Positions 48,268 through 57,457 of a DNA stretch of 64,000 bases are shown here, piece by piece. A program made the position numbers and the translations under genes. Every line of letters starts with the position of its first letter. Positions within the stretch are counted from its first letter, which is position 1. This stretch comes from Candidatus Omnitrophota bacterium (GTDB taxonomy: Bacteria; Omnitrophota; Gorgyraeia; Zapsychrales; Fredricksoniimonadaceae): assembly GCA_903908245.1 (NCBI GenBank), contig CAIVRE010000022.1:864-64863 (forward strand). Reading direction: 5' to 3'. The notes under the pieces were generated by a model. It was not told the origin of the DNA, searched no databases, and saw only the letters and a program-made list of their open reading frames with translations.

Positions 48268-51200
48268 ATGGAAAACAGCCGCATGAGTTTTACGGATATT
48301 TTTGTTAAGCGCCCGGTGCTGGCTACCGTTGTGAGCCTGTTTATTTTTGTGCTGGGTTTGCGGGCCGTGAACCTCCTGGGCGTGCGGGAATATCCCGAGA
48401 CCCAGAATGCGGTTGTAACGGTGACAACGGTTTATACCGGTGCTGACCCGGCTGTCGTTGCCGGGTTTATTACGACACCGCTGGAGAATTCCATTGCCCA
48501 GGCCAACGGCATCGATTACCTGACCTCATCGAGCACGTCGAACGTGAGCGTGATCAAGGCTAATTTGCGGCTGAATTATGATGCCAACAAGGCGTTGACC
48601 GAGATCAACACCAAGGTTAACGCGGCGCTCAATCAGCTGCCAAGGGAAGCTCAGCAGCCGTCGATCACGGTGGCGGTCGGCGAGTCCACGGATTCAATGT
48701 ATATGGGGTTTTACAGCAATGCCCTGGCAACGAACAAGATCACGGATTACCTGATCCGGGTCGTTCAGCCTAAATTGCAAACGGTCGAAGGAGTGCAGAC
48801 CGCGGAGATCCTGGGCGGACGTCAGTTCGCGCTAAGGGCCTGGCTGGACCCGCAGAAGATGGCGGCGCATGGCATTACGGCGGTTGATGTCAGTAATGCG
48901 CTGGCGGCGAATGATTTTATCGCGGCGGTTGGCCGTACCCGGGGGATGATGGTGACGGCGGACCTGACCGCGGCAACGGGGTTGCATTCGGTGGAGCAGT
49001 TCCGGGACCTTATTATCAAGTCACAGGGTGGGGCGCAGGTGCGCTTGGGGGATGTGGCCAATGTCTCTCTGGGGAGCGAGGATTACGATTCCGCGGTGGC
49101 GTTTGATGGAGAGAACGCGGTGTTCATCGGCATCAAGGTGGCGCCCAGCGCGAATTTGCTGACCGTTATTGAGGGCGTGCGCAAGGCTTTCCCCGAGATC
49201 CAGTCGCAATTGCCCGAGGGGTTGGAAGGCCGTGTCATTTATGACGCCACCAAGTATATCAACAGCTCCATCCATGAAGTGATCAAGACGCTGTTCGAAT
49301 CGCTTTTGATCGTGACGCTGGTTATTTTTCTTTTCCTGGGATCGTTCCGTTCGGTGGTGATACCGGCTGTGGCCATGCCGCTTTCCCTGGTCGGAGCGTT
49401 GTTCATGATGCTCATTTTTGGTTATACGATCAATTTACTCACTTTGCTGGCGTTGGTCCTGGCGATCGGCCTGGTGGTTGATGACGCGATCATCGTGGTC
49501 GAGAATATCCACCGGCATATTGAGGAAGGGATCGCGCCCCTGGAAGCGTCGCTGCGGGGCGCGCGCGAATTGGCGAACCCGATCATCGCCATGACCATTG
49601 TCCTGGTCGCGGTCTACGTGCCCATCGGGTTCATGGGGGGATTGACCGGCGCCTTGTTCACCGAATTCGCGTTCACGCTGGTCGGAGCGGTGGCGGTTTC
49701 GGCGGTCGTGGCCCTGACACTTTCTCCGATGATGTGTTCAAAGATGTTACGGCATCATGATGCTGGAGGGCGAAAGACTTTCACTGACATCATTGACCAG
49801 CAGTTTGAACGTTTGCGTGGTACTTACGAGAGGACGTTGCATGGCGCACTCAATTATCTGCCTGTGATCGCGGTTTTCGCGCTCATTGTGCTGGGCAGTG
49901 CCTGTTTCCTGTACATAAGTTCGCGCAGTGAGCTGGCCCCGCAGGAAGACCAGGGTTTTGTGCTGGCCATGTACACCGGCGCGCCGACAGCGTCGCTGGA
50001 ACAGACCGGCATTTATTCCGGGCAGGTTTACGATATCCTTAAAGAGTATCCCGAGACCGAACATGTTTTTCAGATCAACGGACTCGGCGGGCTTAATGCG
50101 GGGCTCGCCGGTATTGTGCTCAAGCCCTGGGAGGAACGCAAGCGTTCGGCCGTGCAGTTCCAAGCGGGCCTGCAGATGAAGCTGGGTGGTCTGGCGGGGG
50201 TTAACGGCGTGTCTTTCCTTCCGCCGCCATTACCTGGCGGCGGTGAGGGCCTCCCGGTGCAGTTCGTCATCGGCACAACGGATTCCTCGACCAGGCTTAA
50301 TGAAGTTGCGAACGCTTTTCTCGAGAAGGCCATGGCCAGCGGCATGTTCATGTTCATTGACACAGACCTGAAGATCGACAAGCCACAGACCGAAATACAG
50401 ATCGACCGCGAAAAGGCGGCACAGATGGGGCTTTCCATGCGCGATGTAGGCAGCGTGTTGGGCTCCATGCTCGGCGGCGGGTATGTGAATTATTTCAGCC
50501 TGTCCGGCCGTTCGTACAAGGTTATCCCGCAGGTAATGCGGCGTGAGCGCCTTAACGCGGACCAGCTTATGAACTATTACATCACGACCGCCAGCGGGGC
50601 GTCTGTACCGATATCCACGATCGCTAGCCTCAAGACCAGTGTGGTGCCGCAGTCGTTGAACCATTTTCAGCAGCTTAATTCCGCGACCATCTCGGGGGTG
50701 CAGATGCCTGGCGTTCCGCTGGGGCAGGCGCTGGCCAAGCTCAAGGAGATCGGCAAAGAGGTGCTGCCGCAGGGTTACAGTTTTGATCATGCCGGGCAGT
50801 CGAGGCAGTTCGTCAAGGAAAGCAGCGCGTTGGTCATCACGTTCTTTTTTGCTTTGCTCATTATTTTTCTGGCGCTGGCCGCACAGTTTGAAAGCTTCCG
50901 TGACCCGCTCATCATTCTGGTGAGCGTGCCCATGTCGATCTGCGGTGCGCTGATCTTCATTGCTTTGGGTATCGGCGGGGCGAGTCTGAATATTTTTACA
51001 CAGGTAGGCCTGGTGACGCTCATTGGTCTTATTAGCAAGCACGGTATTCTTATTGTGCAGTTCGCCAATGACCAGCAGCGGGAGGGGAAATCCAAGCGTG
51101 AAGCGATCGAGACTGCGGCGGGCATAAGATTGCGCCCGATCTTGATGACCACGGCGGCCATGGTATTCGGTGTCATGCCGCTGGTCCTGGCCTCGGGTGC

Positions 51201-51339
51201 GGGTGCCGCGGGGCGCTTTAACATGGGCTTGGTCATATCCAGCGGTATTGCCATTGGAACCGCTTTTACGCTGTTCGTTGTGCCGGCCATGTACCTGATG
51301 CTGGCGGCGGACCATTCAAAAAAGGGTTTCCCAGCCTGA
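48268..51339 (+). CDS. RND efflux permease (MexW/MexI-like HAE1 family)
   Basis: FVKRPVLA, GLVVDDAIIVVENI, LTLSPMMC, PQEDQG, GLISKHGILIVQFA, RLRPILMT. Confidence 0.95.
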   Translation: MENSRMSFTDIFVKRPVLATVVSLFIFVLGLRAVNLLGVREYPETQNAVVTVTTVYTGADPAVVAGFITTPLENSIAQANGIDYLTSSSTSNVSVIKANLRLNYDANKALTEINTKVNAALNQLPREAQQPSITVAVGESTDSMYMGFYSNALATNKITDYLIRVVQPKLQTVEGVQTAEILGGRQFALRAWLDPQKMAAHGITAVDVSNALAANDFIAAVGRTRGMMVTADLTAATGLHSVEQFRDLIIKSQGGAQVRLGDVANVSLGSEDYDSAVAFDGENAVFIGIKVAPSANLLTVIEGVRKAFPEIQSQLPEGLEGRVIYDATKYINSSIHEVIKTLFESLLIVTLVIFLFLGSFRSVVIPAVAMPLSLVGALFMMLIFGYTINLLTLLALVLAIGLVVDDAIIVVENIHRHIEEGIAPLEASLRGARELANPIIAMTIVLVAVYVPIGFMGGLTGALFTEFAFTLVGAVAVSAVVALTLSPMMCSKMLRHHDAGGRKTFTDIIDQQFERLRGTYERTLHGALNYLPVIAVFALIVLGSACFLYISSRSELAPQEDQGFVLAMYTGAPTASLEQTGIYSGQVYDILKEYPETEHVFQINGLGGLNAGLAGIVLKPWEERKRSAVQFQAGLQMKLGGLAGVNGVSFLPPPLPGGGEGLPVQFVIGTTDSSTRLNEVANAFLEKAMASGMFMFIDTDLKIDKPQTEIQIDREKAAQMGLSMRDVGSVLGSMLGGGYVNYFSLSGRSYKVIPQVMRRERLNADQLMNYYITTASGASVPISTIASLKTSVVPQSLNHFQQLNSATISGVQMPGVPLGQALAKLKEIGKEVLPQGYSFDHAGQSRQFVKESSALVITFFFALLIIFLALAAQFESFRDPLIILVSVPMSICGALIFIALGIGGASLNIFTQVGLVTLIGLISKHGILIVQFANDQQREGKSKREAIETAAGIRLRPILMTTAAMVFGVMPLVLASGAGAAGRFNMGLVISSGIAIGTAFTLFVVPAMYLMLAADHSKKGFPA

Positions 51340-51447
51340 TTTGTGTCAAAATTTTGCGGTTGTTTATAGGTATTTCTATCCACGTAGGGAGAATTCTTTT
51401 CTATATAAGAGGGTCAATATCTGGATTTTCGTGCGGCCAGATTTAAT

Positions 51448-51476
51448 TTGACTTTCTCAAGCCTCTTGATTATTAT
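51448..51476 (+). promoter_or_regulatory. Putative promoter of the comE operon
   Basis: TTGACT-17nt-TATTAT, with the palindrome TCAAG-CCT-CTTGA in the spacer. Confidence 0.5.
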
Positions 51477-51572
51477 ACAAAATATTTTGATTTTTCTCCG
51501 AACTCTTCCGATCAGAGTAATGGTGATAACCCCCCGGTTTTTCTAACGATTTCATAAAAAAGGATCGCGGAT

Positions 51573-51917
51573 GTGTTTTATTTAACCCCACAGGAGCGCA
51601 TTGCGCTTATTAGTCTGTTGGTCATTTTCTGCTTCGGCACGTTGGTGAGTGTCGCGCTTAAACAAGATGCGCGTATCATCCATTGGGTTAAAACCGCGCA
51701 TCAAGTTAAGTCAACGTATCCATTGAACATCAATATAGCAACAGCGGAAGATCTTGATAAATTGCCTGGCATCGGATTAAAGACCGCCCAAAGGATCATC
51801 GACTATCGGCAAAGTTATGGAAAATTCAAGTCCGCGGAAGACGTACGCCAGGTGAAAGGCATTACCAGGAAGGCATTGGAGACAATTACCCGAGATTGTC
51901 GTTTTGAAGCGTTATGA
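51573..51917 (+). CDS. comEA: ComEA family helix-hairpin-helix DNA receptor
   Basis: N-terminal TM, then LNINIATAEDLDKLPGIGLKTAQRIIDYR...G.F.S.ED...VKGI. Confidence 0.9.
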   Translation: MFYLTPQERIALISLLVIFCFGTLVSVALKQDARIIHWVKTAHQVKSTYPLNINIATAEDLDKLPGIGLKTAQRIIDYRQSYGKFKSAEDVRQVKGITRKALETITRDCRFEAL

Positions 51918-53320
51918 AAACCCATCGTCCTTCATTCGTGTTAGCGATCGTATTAAGTGCCGGTATCACGGTGGGGAAGTTTTTGCCCTTGCCGTTCTTA
52001 TTCTGGGTCGCTTTATTGTGCGGATTTACTTTATGGGCGATGATCGGCCGCAAGTCATGGATTGTTTTCGCGGGAATGTTCGCCTTTGGGGCTGTATTGA
52101 TCATCAATGTATATCGTCTCGCCCCTGACAGTGCGGCCCTGCTTTCCTATGACGACCGTCAGGATATCCGCATGACGGAAGGGGTTGTAGATTCAAATCC
52201 GCGAATACGGGCATGGGCACAGGGAGGCCAGGCCGTTTTCGATCTGAAAGTAAGACGGATCTTAACTGAACAGGGATGGATATCTCAACGCGGGAAAGTT
52301 CAGGTGCAGGTGTACCAGAACAGGCCTGTTCATTACGGGCAATTGCTGCGCGTACAGGGCCGCTGGCATGCCATTTATGACGGGAATGGTAACGGGAAAT
52401 TTTCTTATCGCCAGTGGTTGCAAGAGCGGGGTATTTTCTGGGCGGTGAGTGTTGGGAAAAACGCTTCACTGGAGATCTTAAGTGAAGATCAGGGCAATTG
52501 GCTGGTCGCTCAGTCGTTCAAGCTCCAAAAGAAGTTCAAGGATGTTTTTGAACATTATCTGGACCGGGAAGAGGCCGGTATGATCATTGCCATGGTCCTG
52601 GGAGAAGGCACGGCCATGCCCAAAGAAATACAAACGGAATTTATCAACACGGGAACGGCGCATGTCATTGCTATCAGCGGTATGAACATGACCATCATCA
52701 TAACGATCGTATTTTTTATTTTCCGATTTTCCGGCTTGCCGAGGGCAGGGCAATTGATAGGGACGGCCTTGTTTTTATTCGCCTATGGGTTCTTGACCGG
52801 GTTCTCCGCATCTGTGGCAAGGGCCTGCATCATGTCATCGGTCATCCTCTTGTCTTTTGCGGCTGAAATGGAAGCGGAGGTTTTTAACTCGTTGGGACTG
52901 GCCGCGTTGATGTTATTGCTTGCATATCCCAAAGATCTTTTTAATATCGGTTTTCAACTTTCGTTCGCGGCCGTACTGGCGATCCTGGTGTTGAATAAAC
53001 ATTGCTTGAAATTATTCAGCCGGTTTCCCGAGGTCCTGGCAACGGCATTGGCGGTTTCATTAGCGGCTTGGGTCGGGACCGCCGGGTTAATTTTTTATTA
53101 TTTCAAAATGATCACGCCGATCTCGATCATTGCCAATATCCCAGTTGTCCCTCTGGCAGACCTTACCGTTGCGCTGGGGCTGGGGTTAGGCCTTGCGGGA
53201 TTGTGCTGCCCTCCTTTGGCTGACGCATTCGCCGGATGTTTGAAGATCGTCTTTAACGGGATGCTTCTATTTGTCCATTGGTTTAACCAGGTGCCTTATG
53301 GGCATGCCAATTTCAATTAA
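51914..53320 (+). CDS. comEC: ComEC/Rec2 DNA-uptake channel (OB + competence domain, no metallo-beta-lactamase domain)
   Basis: FSYRQWL, AMVLG, GTAHVIAISGMN, SVARACIM, IGFQLSFAA, IIANI..VP. The protein ends right after the TM domain. Confidence 0.9.
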   Translation: MKTHRPSFVLAIVLSAGITVGKFLPLPFLFWVALLCGFTLWAMIGRKSWIVFAGMFAFGAVLIINVYRLAPDSAALLSYDDRQDIRMTEGVVDSNPRIRAWAQGGQAVFDLKVRRILTEQGWISQRGKVQVQVYQNRPVHYGQLLRVQGRWHAIYDGNGNGKFSYRQWLQERGIFWAVSVGKNASLEILSEDQGNWLVAQSFKLQKKFKDVFEHYLDREEAGMIIAMVLGEGTAMPKEIQTEFINTGTAHVIAISGMNMTIIITIVFFIFRFSGLPRAGQLIGTALFLFAYGFLTGFSASVARACIMSSVILLSFAAEMEAEVFNSLGLAALMLLLAYPKDLFNIGFQLSFAAVLAILVLNKHCLKLFSRFPEVLATALAVSLAAWVGTAGLIFYYFKMITPISIIANIPVVPLADLTVALGLGLGLAGLCCPPLADAFAGCLKIVFNGMLLFVHWFNQVPYGHANFN

Positions 53321-53329
53321 AGGAGACTT

Positions 53330-53893
53330 ATGAGATCGTTATTTGTCATATTGTTTTTGGTTCAGGCCCCGCTGTTGTGTTTTGCTGAAACTATGGAAGT
53401 CCATTTTTCACCCAACGGAGGATGCCAGCAGGTTATTGTCGACGAGATCGACCTGGCCAGAGTAAGAATGGACATCGCAATGTATTTTTTAACCTCCCGG
53501 GATATTGTGCAGGCTTTGGTCAGGGCTAAGGAACACCAGGTACAGGTGAGGGTGGTTTTTGATAAAAGCCAGAGAATACAGTCGTATTCTAAGGCCGCAT
53601 ATTTGATCAAACGGGGTTTCGAGGTCAAGTATCATACGGGGGAGGGACTGATGCACAACAAGTTCGCGGTGATCGACGATCATATTCTGATCACCGGTTC
53701 TTTTAACTGGACTCCTACGGCTGAGCGTAACAATGAAGAGAATTTGTTGATCATCAAAGATGCTCCGATCATAGCGAAGTATCGGGAGCGGTTTGAATAT
53801 TTATGGGGCCAGGCGCAAGCGGGAGAAGTAAAAAAAGAAGATGGCTTAAGGGAAAGGCTTTGTTTAATGTTCCCGGGGTTATGTGGAGATTAA
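53330..53893 (+). CDS. Exported single-HKD phospholipase D family nuclease (Nuc-like)
   Basis: Signal peptide, VHFSPNGG, AMY..T, MHNKFAVIDD..LITGSFNWT..AE.NNEEN. Confidence 0.88.
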   Translation: MRSLFVILFLVQAPLLCFAETMEVHFSPNGGCQQVIVDEIDLARVRMDIAMYFLTSRDIVQALVRAKEHQVQVRVVFDKSQRIQSYSKAAYLIKRGFEVKYHTGEGLMHNKFAVIDDHILITGSFNWTPTAERNNEENLLIIKDAPIIAKYRERFEYLWGQAQAGEVKKEDGLRERLCLMFPGLCGD

Positions 53894-54077
53894 GCCTTGT
53901 TCGATATTCTTTAATTTTGTTAATTCGAAGGTCAGGTTAGATGGGCCCATCAGAGAATTTTGGCGATCTTTTCTGTGACTTGTGAAAGGTGCTGTTGCGG
54001 TATAATATGTTAGGCAAAGAAGATGTTTTGTTATTGCTTCTCGACAATGGGTCGCACGATCAAAGGCCGAAATATTC

Positions 54078-55061
54078 ATGAACGATCTTCTTGATAAAAC
54101 GAACAAATTCAAGCCGTTGCTACGTGGGTTTATCGTAGTTGTTCTGACATTATTTCTATTGTCGGCGGGTATAGATTGTCTCATAAAGTTTGCTATTGAA
54201 ACGACCTCCCCGCGAATTATCGGTGCTAAAGTACAAATGGAGACTTTCTCATTAGGGCTTTTGACGCATAAAATACATATAAAGAATCTTCGACTTTATA
54301 ACCCGCCGGCTTTTCCTGATCAGGTTTTTCTTGTTATGCCTGAAGTTATGGTAGATGTGGATGTTGTGGGGCTTATTCAAGGCAGGATGCATTTTCCTTT
54401 GGTTGTTTTTAATATGGAGAAAATGATCATTTTTAAAAATAAAGAGGGCGGGGTTAATGTTAATTCGTTAAAGATCATAAAAGAACATTTAGCAGCAAAT
54501 AAAGATAAGCCGATGAAGCTGCCTGTCTTTAAGATAGACCTGCTTGAGTTAAATGTAGGGAAAGTGATCCTGGAAGACTATACTCATGCACCTCCGGTAC
54601 TTGTCGAGGCTTATGATGTCGCCATCAAGAACAAGAGGATCAGCAATATTGATGGGGTCCCCAAACTGATCGCTTCTGTCACTCTTGAGGCATTGAAACC
54701 GACAGCTATCCGTAGCGCAGGATTTTTTGCTGCAGAAACTTTATTGGGCATCGGGTTCCTGCCTGCCGCTGTTATCGGCATTGCAGTAGCTCAGGACGAT
54801 GTTAAAACCGACCTTGGATATTCTTTTAACAGGGTTTATCATGAAAGTTTAAAATTAGTCCAAGACTTGGGAGCCGTGAAGAAAGAAGACCCAGGAAAAG
54901 GGCAAATTCTTGCCAAGGTTTATTCGAGCGATATTACTATCGATATCCAGAATAAAGGATGGAACAGATCGCATATCAGGATCCAGGCCAGACGGTATTT
55001 CTTAGCCAGGCTTGAGATCGCCAATGGATTATTGTATCAGTTGACACAAAGGCTGAAGTAG
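54078..55061 (+). CDS. AsmA-like (DUF748-like) membrane-anchored protein with a C-terminal DUF3568-like domain
   Basis: N-terminal TM, I.IKNL..YNP..F, KNKEG.VN...L beta-taco pattern. C-terminal VY....K...DLG...G.I.A....ITI.I......I.IQAR. Confidence 0.5.
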   Translation: MNDLLDKTNKFKPLLRGFIVVVLTLFLLSAGIDCLIKFAIETTSPRIIGAKVQMETFSLGLLTHKIHIKNLRLYNPPAFPDQVFLVMPEVMVDVDVVGLIQGRMHFPLVVFNMEKMIIFKNKEGGVNVNSLKIIKEHLAANKDKPMKLPVFKIDLLELNVGKVILEDYTHAPPVLVEAYDVAIKNKRISNIDGVPKLIASVTLEALKPTAIRSAGFFAAETLLGIGFLPAAVIGIAVAQDDVKTDLGYSFNRVYHESLKLVQDLGAVKKEDPGKGQILAKVYSSDITIDIQNKGWNRSHIRIQARRYFLARLEIANGLLYQLTQRLK

Positions 55062-55194
55062 CCCTATAGTTCAGGGATGTCTTTTGGTAAAGCAATAACT
55101 TTATCTGTACAGAAAATAGATTTGGAAAAGGCAAAGAAGGTTCTGGGGCAGGATCCGTCTTAACAAAACGTCCACAAGGCGGGGGAGGGTCAAT

Positions 55195-55659
55195 ATGGTT
55201 GCCAATGAGGAACAAATTAAAGCTGTTGAATTGATGGCAAAGTGCGAGGCATGTGTCGCTGATCTTTATCGGGTCTACGCAGAGAAATTCCCTGAGGTGG
55301 CTGAGTTTTGGCGTAATCTGGTTTGTGAGGAAGAGGCGCACGAAGAGATCTTGCTTGTCTTTGCGGTTGGCCTGAAGAAAGGGGAATTTTTTATTCGTCA
55401 GGATGTTTTTTCCTCCAATATCTGGGGGTCGATCGTAGATATTAAGGAGAAAACCAGTGAAGCTAGCGCCGGGAATTTAACGTTAAAAGAGGCTCTCGCT
55501 GTGGCCGTTGGGATCGAATCCGGTTTTTTAGAAAAGTTATATTTTAGGGTTGTTACCGGGGATAGTGCCAGTCTTAAGAGTTTACTTCTTCGCTTGGCTG
55601 AGGATACCGAGCGACATCAGGGTTTGATCAAAAACATGCTGGTAAAATGCGGGGAATAG
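55195..55659 (+). CDS. Ferritin-like/rubrerythrin family protein
   Basis: E..VADLY, FW..L..EEEAH, AL..A..IE, LAEDTERH. Confidence 0.7.
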   Translation: MVANEEQIKAVELMAKCEACVADLYRVYAEKFPEVAEFWRNLVCEEEAHEEILLVFAVGLKKGEFFIRQDVFSSNIWGSIVDIKEKTSEASAGNLTLKEALAVAVGIESGFLEKLYFRVVTGDSASLKSLLLRLAEDTERHQGLIKNMLVKCGE

Positions 55660-55692
55660 CAGCCGGCCTCCTTACATACGTATGGATCTAAT

Positions 55693-56190
55693 ATGGCAAC
55701 TTCATCGAAGTCATTGCAGGAACTTTACCCCAAAAGGGTTGATATCGTTATTCTCATCACACTTTCTGTGTGGTTACTGCTTATTGGGCTGACACTTCCG
55801 GTCATGACCGTTCGTAAGCTATGGAATAGCAATACGTACTCGATCTTGACCGGCGTCCAGAACCTCTGGCAGGAGAAATTGTACGTCCTGGCTGTTATCA
55901 TATTTACATTTTCTATTATTTTCCCCATCGCGAAGCTGGTATCTCTTTTTGCCGTATGGTTCATTAAATTAACGGAAGAACGCCGACGGAAATTGATCTC
56001 TCTCATGGAGGTTTTTGGTAAATGGTCCATGCTGGATGTTTTTGTATCCGCGATCCTTATTGTATGGGTCAAGCTGGGGGCATTGGCTTCTGCCAAGGCG
56101 GAGATCGGTATTTATTTCTTTGGAGCGTCCGTATTGTTAACGATGATCGTTTCTTCGCTTCAGGGAGCTTTAGTTAAACGTTTTAAATAA
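55693..56190 (+). CDS. pqiA: Paraquat-inducible protein A family membrane protein (single domain)
   Basis: LPVM, YSILTGV..LW, FSIIFPIAK, GKWSMLDVF. Confidence 0.8.
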   Translation: MATSSKSLQELYPKRVDIVILITLSVWLLLIGLTLPVMTVRKLWNSNTYSILTGVQNLWQEKLYVLAVIIFTFSIIFPIAKLVSLFAVWFIKLTEERRRKLISLMEVFGKWSMLDVFVSAILIVWVKLGALASAKAEIGIYFFGASVLLTMIVSSLQGALVKRFK

Positions 56191-56301
56191 CATTGGTATA
56201 TGGCACTATTTGTTCGGAGTAAAATAAGATTTTAATAATATGGTGTTGGTCTTTAGTATTCTCTAATATAAATATTCATCAACAAAACAGTTGAGCTTCA
56301 C

Positions 56302-57330
56302 ATGAATAGCACTCCATTTGAGTTGGGCCCCATTCGTCCCGTGGACGAAGCCGAAAGCCTGCTGATCCGTACCACACGCGGCTGTCCCTGGAATCGATGC
56401 GAATTTTGCGTCAATTACAAGGGTATGCCATTCTCCATGCGCTCGCTCGACGAGGTCAAGCGCGACATCGTCGCTGCGGCCAAGTACTACGGAGACGAGA
56501 CCTTTGAAACATGCTTTTTGCAGGATGGTGACAGCTTCCTGATGAAAACCACTGAACTTGTCGCGCTTCTCACCTTCCTGAAGCAGACATTCCCCAAACT
56601 GAAGCGGATCAGTAGTTATGGCCGCGCTCAAACCATGATCCGCAAATCAGTCCAGGAAATGCAGGCCATTTGCCAAGCCGGACTTAACAAACTTTATTGC
56701 GGCATGGAATCCGGCTCGGATAAGGTATTGAAAAAAGTCAATAAGGGCGCAACTGCCGCCGATATTTCCACATCCAGCCGCAGGGCCAAGGATGCAGGGA
56801 TGTCTATTTCAGAATTCATTATCCTTGGCCTGGGCGGACAGGAATTGTGGGAGGAACACGCCCGTGAAACGGCCAAGGTCCTCAGTGAGATCAACCCTCA
56901 CTTCATTCGGGTTCTCACCATCGGAGTCAAACCCGGCTCCGGACTTCATCGACAGATGGAAGCGGGTGAATATACTTTGCAGACCGAGAAGAATATCATC
57001 GAAGAACAACGCTTGCTGATCGAGGATCTCAATGGCATTACCAGTCACTACGCCAATCATCATGCCGTTGACCTTCTGATGGAAGTCCGTGGCCAATTTC
57101 CCCAGGATAAAAGCCGTCTTATTGCCATCCTGGACCGCTATCTTTCTCTCCCGGAAGAAGACCGTATTCACTTTACATTGGGAAAACGGCTGGGCATTTA
57201 CCAGCGACTCGATGATATGGGCACCGCTCATTTGCATAAACAGGTGTCCGCCAAACTACTCAAGATCCGCGCGTCCTATTCTGACAAGCTGGAAGAAGTT
57301 TTCCACGATCTTCGATCACAGATCGTCTAA
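56302..57330 (+). CDS. Radical SAM protein
   Basis: IRP..EA.SLL..TTRGCPWNRCEFC, FLQDGDS, GMESGSD.VL...NKG, ILGLGG. Confidence 0.88.
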   Translation: MNSTPFELGPIRPVDEAESLLIRTTRGCPWNRCEFCVNYKGMPFSMRSLDEVKRDIVAAAKYYGDETFETCFLQDGDSFLMKTTELVALLTFLKQTFPKLKRISSYGRAQTMIRKSVQEMQAICQAGLNKLYCGMESGSDKVLKKVNKGATAADISTSSRRAKDAGMSISEFIILGLGGQELWEEHARETAKVLSEINPHFIRVLTIGVKPGSGLHRQMEAGEYTLQTEKNIIEEQRLLIEDLNGITSHYANHHAVDLLMEVRGQFPQDKSRLIAILDRYLSLPEEDRIHFTLGKRLGIYQRLDDMGTAHLHKQVSAKLLKIRASYSDKLEEVFHDLRSQIV

Positions 57331-57457
57331 CGCTGCCCTATTAACTGCGTTCCCTTGATTCTTAATGTTTACCTTTGGTTTTTTGCTTTTTCTTGTTAAA
57401 TTAAATAGAAATACAGACGCAGGGACTGAAAACACCTCATAACCCAAGGAGCCTTTT

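Noticed and set aside
47144-51315. Long antisense ORFs (370 and 361 aa) in the efflux operon
   Set aside because: They are codon-bias shadows of GC-rich sense genes with no recognisable motifs.
56380-56410. CX4CX2C spacing in the radical SAM motif as a novelty
   Set aside because: This spacing (GCxxNxCxFC) is typical of a known radical SAM subgroup.
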